A stretch of DNA of 62,175 nt, from contig NC_068998.1 of assembly GCF_001194135.2 (NCBI RefSeq), positions 1,829,302 to 1,891,476 of the forward strand, written 5' to 3'. Made by a program: the position numbers and the translations under genes. The notes beneath the pieces were generated by a model. The model made no database searches, was not told the DNA's origin, and saw nothing but the letters and a program-made list of their open reading frames with translations. Below, in pieces: positions 27,509 to 41,720 of this stretch (position 1 is the first letter of the stretch; each line of letters begins with the position of its first letter). The stretch is from Octopus bimaculoides. Its lineage: Eukaryota.

Positions 27509-28921
27509 CATAGATATATAGAAATATGCACAAAATCTGTATGACCTTGTGTGTTTGTGTGTGTCTCATTTGGAAGAAGCAGACCAAAGTTAACAAAACA
27601 CCATTAAATCGCAGTAAAATGTCAACAGACCTGAGGATAGTGGACATTCAAACATTCGTTGAATGGTTGTCAACAATGATACTGTGAATAAAGGTTAAAG
27701 TCCTTGACCAATAGCCTGTGGAGGTTTGCATCTTGTTCCTGCAACTCCTGTCACACACATTCACACACACATCATGTACAAACACACACACATGCACGTA
27801 CGCATGCACATATGCTTCATACATGTCGTCTGATTATTTCTCATTACTTCTGTCTTTGTCTCTCGTCTGGTGGGGGGGTGGGAATGGATGAAGGGTTTTC
27901 TCTGTGTGTTCAAAGATGTCGAGCACCCCAAGACCTCCTCTCCCTCCTCAATTGTCAATCTTCACTTTCTGCTGTTTCGTGCTACTGAGATATTATTCCT
28001 TATTTGGACATTGTGCTATTTGTAACAACAAGATTCCACGAACCAACAACAGCATCCCTCTGGGATGACTGAATCTGCTAGAAATGGCAGCCAGTTCTTC
28101 CTCAAATCCCATCCTTTTGTCTTAAAGAGAGGAAAAGACACTCTACGTAATGGAGTCCGAGATGTACAATGCTTGAAAAGTAAAGATAGGATGGTCAAGA
28201 CTGGAATGGAATGGGGTTACTTAATCAGAGCTGACCTAAGGCTAAACCATAACAATATGGTACCGGATCCGATTGTCTGGGTATCTCTGAGTCCTTAGGG
28301 TCCTACATCCAGAAATGGCAAGGTTTGTCTCCAAGGTTCTTAACATAACTCACGGTGGTACACACACACACACACACACACACACAGGCATGCACGTGTG
28401 TGTGTGTGTGTGTGCGTGCCCCGTTTCTATATCTAGAACATAAATTAGATATGGAACTGAACCTGGAACCATGTGGTTGGGAAGCAAGCTTCTTACCACA
28501 CGGCCACTCTTACGCCTATATGTCGATGTATATATAAAAAGGCTTATGCCTGGCTGTGTGGTTAAGAAGCTCACTTGGCAATCATTTGGTCTTGGGTTCG
28601 GTCCTACAGCACAGCACCTTGGGGCAGTGTCTTCTGTTATAATCCCACACCAACCAATTGTTGGTGAGTGAATTTGGTAGACTGTGAGGAATCCTATTGT
28701 GTGTGTGTGTGTTGTTCACACACACCATTTGACAATGAATATTGGTTTGTTTACATCCCTGTAACTTTGCAAAAGTGACCAATAGGATAAGACTTAAACA
28801 TAAATGTTGTGGTCAGTTTATTTGAGGAAATCTTTCAACACTGAATAACACCAGAATAGCCATCGGTCACTGGAACAAGAAAGAGATGTGTGTGTGTGGA
28901 TAGACATTGAATATATGAATA

Positions 28922-28976
<55 letters not shown>

Positions 28977-29533
28977 CTCACATGCAGTCAAATAATGTGT
29001 GTGTGTGTGTTTAAGTAACAACCACAGTACGCAATGCCTGTGACTGTTGTTAGTCAGACAACAGTCACACATGCTGCAGAGTGCAGCTTGCAGATCTGCA
29101 CATTACAGCTGCAGCACTATCAGCAGCCAACCCATTTATGTAACCATAACATTCCTGAATGAATGAATGAATGAATGAGAGATGAGCTGTCACATGACAT
29201 TGCTGGTGGTGGTGGTGGTATTATTTCCCTCCCCCCTCTCTCTCTCTCTCTTTCTGCCCCTCCCCACTACACTACATCTTTTTAAAAGTGGAGGGGTTGG
29301 TGGGGTGATGGTATTTTATATTGTAGGGGAGGGGGAGTTATGTTTTTGTTGTTATTTGATGGTTTGACAATGGTGTGTCTTGACGCACACACACACACAT
29401 TCCTGTATATGTGTATCTATCATCATTTGAACATTCACTTTTCTTACTCTCATAGACCAGACAGGATTTATCAAGGCAGAGATTTCTTCCACAGCTGGAT
29501 GCCCTTCCAGCCATCAACCTTTACCTGTTTCCA

Positions 29534-29577
<44 letters not shown>

Positions 29578-30396
29578 ACTTTTGTTTGTGATGTCTTGAT
29601 TCTATTCTTGGGTATGCTGTATGAAATCTAATGAAACAAACTCAGGATTTTACTTATTAAGTGAAGTACCATTTAAGTGTTTATCTTTAAACAGTGTGTT
29701 TATATATATATATATATATATTTATATGATGGGTTTTCTGTTAGTTTCCATCTACCAAATCCACGTGCAAGGCTTTGGTCAGCCTGGGTTTGTGGTAGAA
29801 GACACTTGTCCAAGGTGCCACCCAGTATGTTTGAACCTAAAACCATGTGGTTGGAAAGCAAACTTCTTAGCACAGCCAAATTCTATCAATTCACTATTTT
29901 CTTCCATTGTTTCCACTCCAAAGTGTTCAACGATGTGGCTTCCAGCCGCCTCACACTCCATTCTATATACAACTACTCTATCCTGTATACAATGATGTAT
30001 TTGTCAGACAACTTCAGAATGAAATGTACATGCACACACATACACACACACACGTGTATATGTGTGTAAACAAACACTTATGGACCACACCCCATTTAAA
30101 ACAAAGTACTCAGCCATCACCACCACCAACAACAACAACAACAAATGTCAGCCCCTAAAAGAAATACTTTTTTTAATCTTTTAATATCTTCTCTGAACCC
30201 AGTTTGTCTTCCTTAGTTCACAGTGCAGCAGCAGCAGCAATAATACTAATNNNNNNNNNNNNNNNNNNNNNNNNNNNNNNNNNNNNNNNNGGTGGTGGTG
30301 GTGGTGGTGGTGTTACTGTTGTTCTCTGGAATAGTGTTGTCTGTGCCTGTAATACATATATTGTAAGTGTAGTATGCACGCACACACACACACACA

Positions 30397-30447
<51 letters not shown>

Positions 30448-32171
30448 TCTCTTTGTCTCTCTCTCATTTCAACCAGTTTCTTCACAGTCAAACTAGTAAA
30501 TATGTTTCCATATACATAACATTATTGATTCCTGTGCTGTGTGCTGTCTTCTCTGATGTTTCTCACTGGTTTGCTGTCATCTGGGTATTATTGTGTGCAT
30601 TTAGACGTCATTCTGCATGGTATCTACAGCAATGATTGTTCTGCAGTGAGATTATTGCAGTCAAGACTGCAACCATGCAACAAAAGTTGTGTGTGTGTGT
30701 TCCAAACTAAATTTGTCAGTGCTCAACAAAGTTTTTTTTAAATTGTTAAACACACACACATATATGTGTATAAATACTTGATCTTTTTCTGGGACTTCAT
30801 AACAAAGATGGCTGCATACAGATCTCACTGGACATTGACTTTTATCCCTGTGCAATCTATTAAAAAAACAAAAGACAACTAAGACTGTGATGTGTATGTG
30901 TGTGTGTATAACCACACACACAGATAAGACTTGTCATTCTATATTCCCTGGCTCTGACAAAGTTTCTTTTTGTTTTTCTCCAAAGAAATAACTCTGTTAT
31001 TCTTCAAATATGTTTCCTCTGCAACAGACTGGTTCCATTTTTATTTTATATTTTTCTTCGATTTTTTTTTAATGTATATTTTATCTCATTTCCCATGTCA
31101 CTGTAGAATGCTGTTTTGCTGGGGGTGGGGTTCTGTCTTTCTAAGACTTTGCTTCCACTGTCTTTATATAATCACAAGCTTAAGTCACCCTTCCATCTAC
31201 TTACTGGGTGGGCCTTAACTCAACATTAAGTGACATGTTTTAAATCAAAGAAGGTTAGAGGGTGGACAGAGAATTCTTTGGGGAAAGTGGGGGGAGGGGT
31301 AAATTCCTTGTCTCCAAACCCACAGAAGTTCTTTATTTGAAGTTCACTCTTATATAGATCTTATTTAGACTTACTGTAACAGTGCCCTCTCTCTTCCTCC
31401 TCCTCCTCCATTGTACACCTTAAAATGGCAATGAACTGGTAGAATTGTTAGAACGTGTCCCAAAGACAGCAAAATGCTTGGCAGCTATTTTTTTTTTTTT
31501 CTGGCACTTCTGTTCTGAGCTGAAATTCCACTGAGGCCAACTTTGTCTTTTGTCCTTTTGGAGTCAATAAATAAAGGACCAGCCAAGTGCTGGGGTGTGT
31601 GTAATCGACTTGTCCCCTCCCCTCAAAAGTTGCAAGCATTGTGCCAAAATAAGAAAGAATTACATACCCCTTAAATACTTTGGTATTTATATTACCTGTG
31701 CCAGTGACACATAAAAGACACCTGTGCCGGTGACACGTGAAAAGGTACTCACTATTCTCTTGTAGTGGTTGGTGTTAGGAAGGGCATCCAGCCATAGAAA
31801 GACAAGCCAAAATCAGACTGGAACCTGGTGCAGCTTACCAGTTCCAGTCAAACTGTCTAACCCATGCCAGCATGGAAAACAGACATTTATTGATGGTGAT
31901 GAGAATGTGTGTGTGTATGCACGCCCACAATATGATATCATCATCATTATCAGTGCAATGTGGGGAGAACCAGAAACGGCAATTCCAGAACTGAATTTTG
32001 TGGAGCAGGAGGGGTTGTCTTTTTGATGCACACAGAATAGAATAGATACATATTATCAAGTCTCAATCACTTTGAAATTAACAATAATTCTCACTCAAAT
32101 CTCAGTAAAAGTTCTCTTGTTATTCTTAAATTAGCTTTTAAAATAGTAACCTTAATTAAATTTATCAAACA

Positions 32172-32394
32172 CCATGAAGTGCTAAAAAGTTCCTGGCTTT
32201 GGATAAAAGAAAATTCCAGAGGATCTGTCAATTATGATTGTATTCAACATCTTCCCCTCCCCTCAGATTCACACACTTATTGCTGTGGTCCTCCAGTTTT
32301 TCTAATCCCTGTAAAACTCAGAAGGTTGGGCCTCCAACAAGGCTTTTTGTGAACCCTTAAAGCCAGGAACTTTTCAGCACCCCCCACCCTCGTG
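32172..32394 (-). mobile_element. mariner-derived MITE (deletion derivative)
   Basis: Inverted repeats gtgctaaaaagttcctggcttt (32179-32200) and aaagccaggaacttttcagcac (32359-32380) match at 21/22. Interior on minus strand reads LQGLEKLEDHSNKCVNLRG.EDVE, a mariner transposase C-terminus. Confidence 0.85.
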
Positions 32395-32437
32395 TATTGC
32401 ATGCATATCACATATTACATATATATATATATGTATA

Positions 32438-32482
<45 letters not shown>

Positions 32483-33629
32483 ATAGTTCTACATAGACTT
32501 CATTTTACAGTTATCCACATTTATTTTCACCCAGTACCACCCCCAGACTCCTGTTTATACAAGCACACACAGACTAAATAAACAAACACATATAGACTTG
32601 TGTGCACAATTACATCCACCCTTATTTCCAGGGACTCCTATGCATTTACAGGCATCCATATATACACACTTAATCACAGACACGTGCACGCACGCGCACA
32701 CTCTTAATCTCAAGCACTCACACGCATGAATTTACATTCCAAACATCAGCTGCACTCTTTCACCACATCTTTCGTTCCAACTTTGGTGTGAGTTTGTTTA
32801 TTTTAACACATATGTACACCCATATGTGTGTGTATATATATATAATTAATTATACACACACACACACACACACACACTTATTCCTCTCTCTCCAATTTGC
32901 AAAGGAAGTTCTTTTTAGGGATTTCCTGACACCCTAAAATGCCACCAACCTCCACAATCACTCTAACCCCTTTCTGACCCCTTGGCTCTTTATTTCATTC
33001 TTTATGGGGTCTCCTTACCAAAGTAAAGGGTGGGGTATGATGATGCCTGAAAATATTTTATATATGTGTGTGTGTATGTGTATACATATGCACACGCGTT
33101 TCTCTGTGTGTGCGCGTGCGTGAAGGTATCTAGTATTGTGGTTAGGGCGTTTGGCACACAAATCTTAGTTCATGGGTTCAGTTCTCAGTACAAAAGGTGT
33201 CCTTGAGCAAGGCACTTCATTTCATGTTGCTTTTGCCTATTTAGATGAAAATGAATACCCGTGATATCCTGGTGACAGGAAGATCATCCAGCTGCAGAAA
33301 TCTGCCTCAACAAATTCCAGCCAATCTATGCTCGGTGTCACACAGAATCGAACCCGGAATCACTTCATTGCTAAACAAACTTCTTAACTACACTGCCAAC
33401 TTCAATTAATCATTTTAAAATATCTATGATTAATTAAATACATCATTAATTAATCTAATACATCCCTAATTAAACATACCTTTGATACCTTAATTCTGTT
33501 GATGTTTTCTTAATTATTTTAATGTGTTCTTCGTTATTTAAACACAGCCTTAATTATTTCAGCTGATTGAACATTGTTTCTTTAATTATTCCTGTATATA
33601 ATTGTAATCCCTGATTTCTTTGTTTGTAG

Positions 33630-33701
33630 GGATTTAAGTGAGAATGCCATCAAAGCCTTAAAACAAGGAGATTTCACGAACCTCTCTTCTTTACAGAAAT
33701 T
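33630..33701 (+). CDS. ADGRA3: ADGRA-like exon, LRR1 (72 nt, phase 2/2): DLSENAIKALKQGDFTNLSSLQK
   Basis: Acceptor ttctttgtttgtag at 33629, donor gtaagt at 33702; canonical 72-nt LRR exon with LxxNxIxxL pattern. Too short for the ORF track. Confidence 0.92.
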
Positions 33702-33787
33702 GTAAGTACAAGCATCACTACCATTCCTTCTTTCCATTCCAGCAGGCACACACCCACACATGCACCAAGTATTGGCTTCTCGTGCTA

Positions 33788-34302
<515 letters not shown>

Positions 34303-34539
34303 CATACACCTTGCTGTGGTCAGTTAAAAACATTCTTTGGACAAAACCAAAACACAATCAAATCATAACCCCCACCCCTGCCACCTCTTACTCACTACCA
34401 CCTCCTCACTGTCTCGCCACCACCACCCACAATAGAGTTATCATTTACCAATTCTTAAAGGTAACTAAGGTGAAAATGAAGTGGATGAAGCAGTAGCAAC
34501 ACACACACACACACACAATGCGGTCACTTTTCTTCTGGC

Positions 34540-34750
34540 ACTGGTGTCGATAAATGGTTGAATGACCAAATCCAAGCTTCTCTGCTCGTTCTTCAACAGT
34601 TACAATGGGATTTTGTTCCACCAGGGTTTGCAGAACATCTGCATCGAGCTCTACAGATCTCCCAGGACAAGGCTCATCTTCTAGATGGTAGTTTCCAGCT
34701 CAGAATTTCTGGAACCACCATTGACACTGGCTTACACTTATTGTCCTAAC
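34540..34750 (-). mobile_element. mariner-family transposase N-terminal HTH fragment (pseudogenised)
   Basis: Minus strand: TISVSQCQWWFQKF*AGNYHLEDEPCPGRSVELDADVLQTLVEQNPIVTVEERAEKLGFGHSTIYRH, the WF.KF..G...LED.PR.GRP Mos1/SETMAR-type motif, with one stop. Confidence 0.9.
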
Positions 34751-35232
34751 TGAAAAATTACTCAACACTTTTTGTGGCAGACATGTTTATTGTACTTTTA
34801 CAAGAAAAGAGATGATAGTGACTTCAAAGTTTCAGCCTGTGATAGTCTTCCAAAACTTCAAAGTCACTAACACCAACACCACTTCTTCTAAAAACAACAG
34901 CAGCTCTGGCCTCAGTTAATATCAACGATTCTGGCTGGGATTGAAATTGCAACCCTTTCATTAGTGACCGAACTTTGTATTCTGAAATTCCTCTACAGCA
35001 CCGCCACCACTACTGTTACTACTACTACTACTACTACTACTACTACAGATAGTTAAGGGGAATGTAGTGTCATATTCACCTTGTTTTGCTTTTCTTTTTT
35101 GTTTTTTTTACCTTTCTTGAGAAGGAGGTGGAGGAGGGGAGGGGATTCTTTATTTAAGCTTTATTTGTTTGAGTTGTTTTTGTGTTTTTATTTAATTCTT
35201 TGGCTCTTCTTTAACTCTTTGTTGTTTAACCA

Positions 35233-35278
<46 letters not shown>

Positions 35279-35294
35279 GCATACATATATATAG

Positions 35295-35344
<50 letters not shown>

Positions 35345-35381
35345 CACATACTATATATACATAAATATCACACATAATATG

Positions 35382-35413
<32 letters not shown>

Positions 35414-35428
35414 ATAATATATATAATA

Positions 35429-35461
<33 letters not shown>

Positions 35462-35543
35462 TACATACATAATATATAAAATTATATACATACACATATA
35501 TAGAAATGAAAAAATGGTGTACTACCTATCATACAGGGTTTCT

Positions 35544-35618
<75 letters not shown>

Positions 35619-36317
35619 TGTGTTCTCTTCCTCTCAACTTATCCTTCACATCCTTCCTTGGAGGATAAAAAACAAATTGGGAGAAAGAAACAGGAGTTGC
35701 TGGATTTGTTTTGCTTCTCTCTCTCTCTTTCTCTCTCTCTTTCTTTCCCTTGCTCTCTCTCTCTCTCTCTCTCTCTCTCCTTCTCTCTGTAAACCTTTAT
35801 TTCTTGTGTCTGTCATTCCCAGATATTTTTCTGTCTGTTTGTCTGTTTCACCCTACCCTGCTCCCCATAATCTTCCATTTTAAACCCACTACCACCTTCC
35901 TTCTCTCTCCCACTCTCAACACACACAACCAGCTGTACAACTGCCTGATATCACAGGCCATCTCCCTCCCTCTACTACCTCTTCTACATCTTCCCACCAC
36001 CACCACCACCACCACCAACACTACTACATCAACATTACACTACTGCATCATCCTCATCATTCCAACACCACCACCACCTCTGCAGTGCTCCATGAACTCT
36101 GCTACCATTCTTTGCTCCAATTCCAGAAGGTTTAGAGAGAGAGAGACTTCACTCATCTTTTGCTTTCTTCTTCCAATATGTTGTTGCTGTTGTTTGGGGT
36201 TTCTTTTACTTTTACACACACACACACGCACGTGTGTGTATATGCACTAACATTTTCATTCTCTGCCTTTCTTTCTTTCTCTCTCACACACATGCACTAA
36301 TGCACTCACCTCTCACT

Positions 36318-36353
<36 letters not shown>

Positions 36354-36385
36354 GCAGACTTACATATTCTCATACATTCACACAT

Positions 36386-36422
<37 letters not shown>

Positions 36423-37269
36423 AATACCAAGCATTGTATAGCTCTGACACACACACACACGCTGTATTTCTTTCTGTTGTATGACAAATACACAAAGTAT
36501 TCCCTAATTTGATAAACACTAACATACACTGTATTCCGTTACATGACAAACATATACAGTGTTCCTTAATGCAATAAGCACACATGCACGCGCGCATGCA
36601 CACACCATGTCTGCATAAACACAGGCACACACTACAGTATTCTATGATCTAATAAACGTGCACACACACACACTCTCTGTCTCTCTCTCTCACACGTACT
36701 CTTTCTCCCACACAGACACACATAAACGCATTCTCTCACACACGCAATCTTTCTTTCCCTTTCTCTTTCTCTCTCTCACACACACCCTATCNNNNNNNNN
36801 NNNNNNNNNNNNNNNNNNNNNNNNNNNNNNNNNNNNNNNNNNNNNNNNNNNNNNNNNNNNNNNNNNNNNNNNNNNNNNNNNNNNNNNNNNNNNNNNNNNN
36901 NNNNNNNNNNNNNNNNNNNNNNNNNNNNNNNNNNNNNNNNNNNNNNNNNNNNNNNNNNNNNNNNNNNNNNNNNNNNNNNNNNNNACACACACAGCAAGAC
37001 GAAGGGTGGGAAGGAGTTGCTCTCTCCTTCCTCTCCTTTTTGCTTATCTTCTCTTTTACACCTCTCCCCCCCCTTCCTGCACAGATGAAGGGTTAGTGCA
37101 GGGGTTGCATGGACCAGTATGTCTCGGGTGGTTGGTCGGGTGGCTCCACAGATAGCTTGCTGCTCAGTAGGTGTGGTTCCAGGGCCTTTTTATAGACACA
37201 GCATCACTGACAGAATGGATTCTACAGGAGAAAATGGTAAAGCAAGAAAAACTGTTTACATTCGCACAC

Positions 37270-37560
37270 ACACACACACACTTAGTTGGATGGATGGATG
37301 GATGGATGGGTATACTGATAAATAAGGATAGGTTGATAGATAGATACATAAGTATGTACATACATAGATGGATTGAGAGGTAGATAGCTACATAGAAATA
37401 TAGAGTGAGGGGCAGATTGTGTGGGGGGGGGGAGATAAAGGTTTAGGGTAGATGGGTAGATAGAGAGGTAACTGGATAGAGAGGTAGATAAATAGGCATC
37501 TAGTCAGCTAAAGAGACTGTCAGGTAGATAAGGCATACAAATAGGATCAGGTGGATACTA
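37270..37560. repeat. Degenerate (GGAT)/(GATA) repeat
   Basis: Direct reading; similar tracts at 24060-24180 and 12720-12780. Confidence 0.8.
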
Positions 37561-39656
37561 GTAAGGCTGTATGTACTTCACTGAGGAGGATTTAATAAGG
37601 CGGAAACATGCTTACAGTTGTCCACCATACTTACCAAAAACCAGACACATTCCTACACTGGTTGCATGGCCATATTCAGTTTTTAATCATTTTGGATTTG
37701 TTGACAAGAATCAATCATTGGAAGTTAATGACTTTCTTCATGATTGCAATTATTATTTTAATTAATTAAATATTTTTGATGGATGCTCATCATATTATGT
37801 TAACCTCCTTTTAACTAAACGGTCAGATTGATGGACAGGTTGACAAATCTGACAAAACCAAGGCAGATATTTTCTTTCTGTTTCTCATCTTCTCTCTCCT
37901 CTATGTGTGTGTGTGTGTGATCATCAATCAACACCTTTTTTCCATGCTTGCATGGTTTAAATGCTTTGACAGGACCTGGTGAACCCCGGTGCCTGCTTTT
38001 GGTATGCCCTTCTTGATGCCAGTCCCCTTACAGTGTGGAATGGGTGGTTCTTTCATGTCCCCACCAGCCCTACTGGTTAGAGATAAAAATAAAAGAACAT
38101 TCAATTTTGTAAAGAACTGAAAAATGTGCCTCAAATTCCTCAGTGGTGGTCTTGTACAAATCCAAGAGTAGCTGATTTTGGGTCTCATGGCATTATCTGA
38201 GACATTGTCTTGGGGAGGAACTGGATCTCAATTGTCTTCAGATTACCATGAAGGGAAGCAAGGGGTGTGGTGGTGGTGGTGGTGGTGGGGGCAGTGTTAT
38301 TATCTGGAGAATTTTTTTTTTTGGTGCAAACCCCTGTTTCTGTGTATCACAGCATCATCGGAACCATGGCCCAACGAATGGACCAACACAAGACCAATGG
38401 ATTTGCCTCTCAAATTGATTCATCCCAAACTCAACACATTTAATCAAACTATTTATTTCTGTCCAAAGAATCGGGGCTAATATTTTGGCCCAACTGGTCT
38501 TCAGATCTTAGACACAGTTGGAATTCTGGAAGAAAGTCAACCATGGCATCAAATCCCAGAAACCATCAAATTCCAAGTCTTGTTTAACGAGATCAGATAC
38601 TACCACCACAACCACCACTAGTATCACTATCACAACCAATTCTACTCATGCTGTAACTCCTACTACCCCTCCCACACCCTGTCTTTTGAAGTGCATAGAC
38701 TAAAATAAACACTATTTTGTTTTGTTTATTTTAGATCCTTTTTTTGTTTTTCTATATCAGAGTGCATGATGGGAAGGGCTTAACACTTCCATCTAAGCTA
38801 TTAGGAAAGTGTTTTTACAGCTGCCCCTCCTGTCTGCCCTTCCTGCCTCCAAGAGTAATGGACTAAGGCAGACATAGGTAACACTTTGTCTTGCCTCCTG
38901 TAAGTAGCGAGTGTGGGGGAGGGGGGGGGCTTAGTAGGGATCACTGAAGAATGGTTATAGCAAGATTTGAATTTAGGATGATATATTTACTTATAAATAC
39001 ACAATCGTAACCCCAGACTGCTTGGGATTTTGTGGGTAGGAGGAGTGAGGCAGGGGTCCAAACATTATATTTAAACAGACGTGGCTGTGGTAAGAAGTTT
39101 GCTTCCCAACCACATGGTTCCAAGTTCGGTCCCACTGTGTGCCACTTTGGGCATTCTACTATAGTCTTGGGTCGACCAAAGTCCGATGAATGGATTTGGT
39201 AGATGGAAACTAAAAGAAGCCCGTCATGCATATATATCTGCATGTGTGGGTGTTTTTGTGTCTGTGTTTATGTTTCTGTGACTTGGTCCTGACCAGATTA
39301 AACCCCACTGATTTGACAGCAACAAGCTCTGCCCCCATCTCCCTCACCCCTAGAGAAACATTCTTGTTAGTGACTTTAAGATGACTTGCAATCCTGACAA
39401 TGTGGTTTACAGTATTACACCATCCTCTCCCTCTTTCTCTCTCTCACAATGGTGTAAGCTGTGTGATTTGAATGGAATTTAGCTGTTCTTCTAGCAAGTT
39501 AAGTGACCATGTATGGGGTTCCTTCTGTGGCCTGTCTTCTCTCTATGTATTATAATAGAAAAGGGAGGGGCAGAGGAAGAAGCTGGCTCTTTCCTCCCCT
39601 TCCTGTCCTTGTACTCCCTCTCTCTCTCTCCCTCTCTCTATCTCTCTCCCTCTCTC

Positions 39657-39691
<35 letters not shown>

Positions 39692-39773
39692 ACTTTGGCT
39701 GCTGCTCTTACAGCAAATCATAGCAACAAGTGTCTCAATCCACCTTGTGGTTTGAGCCATAGCCATCACCAGG

Positions 39774-39808
<35 letters not shown>

Positions 39809-40001
39809 CAGGCTGCATACAACTATGTATTAGGTAGGTGTGTGAGAGGGAGAGAGAGTGTGTTTGTATGCATGCACACACACACACACACATGCACGCA
39901 CAGCACTATCTCGAACCAACCATGTCTCTGTCTGTGAATAACAACTACAAGAAACCTCTACTCCCGCTTTGGATACTCTCTCTTCTTGACACCTTTTCAC
40001 T

Positions 40002-40047
<46 letters not shown>

Positions 40048-40782
40048 GAGTTCAAGACATATGAATAAATACATAATAATTACCTCATTGCCATGCAGAA
40101 GACATGATTTGTCTGACACACTGCATACTCCTCGTCCTTTCTCTCCCTTTCTATACACACATGCACGTGTGTGTATGTGTATATATATATAAGGTGTCAG
40201 TGATTGTTATTGCCAAAATAATAATATTACTATCAGCGTTTGAATATCATCAATCTGTCCCGCCTCTCCATTCCATAGTGTGTGTGTGTGTCTGTGTGTG
40301 CGTGTCTTTTCTATGTTGTATTTGGTATCTCTCCCCCCCCCCCAACACCCCCGTTCCCTTCTCCATTTCTTTCCTCCTCTTCATTCTCCCTCTTCTCTCA
40401 CTCCCCCTCCATGTCACTTCCTCTATTTACCACCCCTCAGTCTCTCTCCCTCCCTCCACTCTCTCTTTCCTCCCACTGCCAACATCAATTTCACCACACA
40501 CACACACCAATATTAATACTACAACCAACACAATACTGACACTTGTACCACCACCAAACAGCAACAGCATTGCCAATACACACCACTGCCACCATCATCA
40601 CAACAACAACAACAACAACAATCACCTCATTGATTACAGATTTCTAAACAGTTCAGTCACTGGTTCACTGTATTCTTGACAGCAACCGTAACAAGAGAAG
40701 ACTTGTACCTCTTGGTGGACTTTGTCCAAACAGCACTTTTCACTGTTGTTTACATCCTTTGCCAAAATGGTATAAATATTCA

Positions 40783-41060
40783 TGTGGCTGTGTGGTAAGA
40801 AATTTGCCTTATAACCACCTGGTTCAAGGTTCAGTCTCACAGTGTGGCACCTTGGGCAAGTGTGTGTCCCAACACCTCTTGACTACCAGTGTTTGTTGGT
40901 TTATGTCCCTGTCACTTAGCAGTTTAGCAAAAGAAATCAATAGAATAAGTATCAGGCTTAAAAAATGCCAGGGTCAATTTGTTCAACTAAAAAAAATTTT
41001 TCAAGGCAGTGCTCAGTGCCCCAGCATGGCCGCAGTATAAGATTGACACCAGTAAAAGAA
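40783..41060 (+). mobile_element. SINE family A copy with internal deletion
   Basis: Head tggctgtgtggtaagaa and tail ccccagcatggccgcagt. Confidence 0.75.
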
Positions 41061-41454
41061 GTGGGTGGGGTTAAGAAGTTGACTTCCCAATGCTGTGGTT
41101 TCTGGTTTATTCCTCTTGAGATATTGCAGGATAAATTCAAAACAGTTATAAGAAATTCTGCGGTAAATATTTTTGCTGCATGGAAAACGATAAATTGTAT
41201 AATATGGGTATTTTTTTTTTTTTAATAAAATAGAAAGAATGCTAAAAAGTTTTATAAAAAGCATTAAACAGGCAACTCTTTATTGAATGTCAAACATTAA
41301 ATAAATGGGATGAGGTCATTTAAAACAGCAGCGGCGGCAGTGGTGGTGGTACAGATCCCCTGGTAGAAGAAACTTGCCCAAGGTACCAATGTTGTAGGAT
41401 TCTATCTAAAGCCACATGGCTGTACAGCAAACATGCTAATCACATAACTGTCCC

Positions 41455-41720
41455 TTAAGACGGGATGGTCGTGGTTGGAATGCTTTTGATTTACTGAGTC
41501 ATATTTGACCTAAAACTAACACAACTTTTCTTCAAATCAACAAACCTGCAAGAAATAGCAACCAAATCCCTCTCGAATTACACTATACTGTTTTAAGAAA
41601 AGGAAGGTCACATTACATACTGTAGTCTGAAATATGTGTGAAATTAAACAGGGTGGCCATGGCTGGAATGTCTTTGACTACGGGGCTGCTTGAACGCAAC
41701 TGACCTGGGGCTTAGATAAC
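41455..41720. repeat. Unclassified dispersed repeat family F (gaaatagcagccaaatc...ggtcatggctggaatg)
   Basis: Related segments at 165-340(-), 2860-2900(-), 4130-4170(-), 6665-6810 and 48760-48870. Confidence 0.55.

Noticed and set aside
30541-30741. ORF containing PCNKSCVC as a candidate LRRNT exon
   Set aside because: The CVC comes from a (TG)n tract, and the frame runs to a stop without a suitable donor.
37085-37236. Possible poison exon: strong polypyrimidine tract plus AG at 37083-37084 and donor-like gtaaag at 37237; the ADGRA frame gives an immediate TGA
   Set aside because: The pyrimidine tract is part of general low-complexity sequence next to a gap. Such pseudo-exons are common and nothing indicates use.
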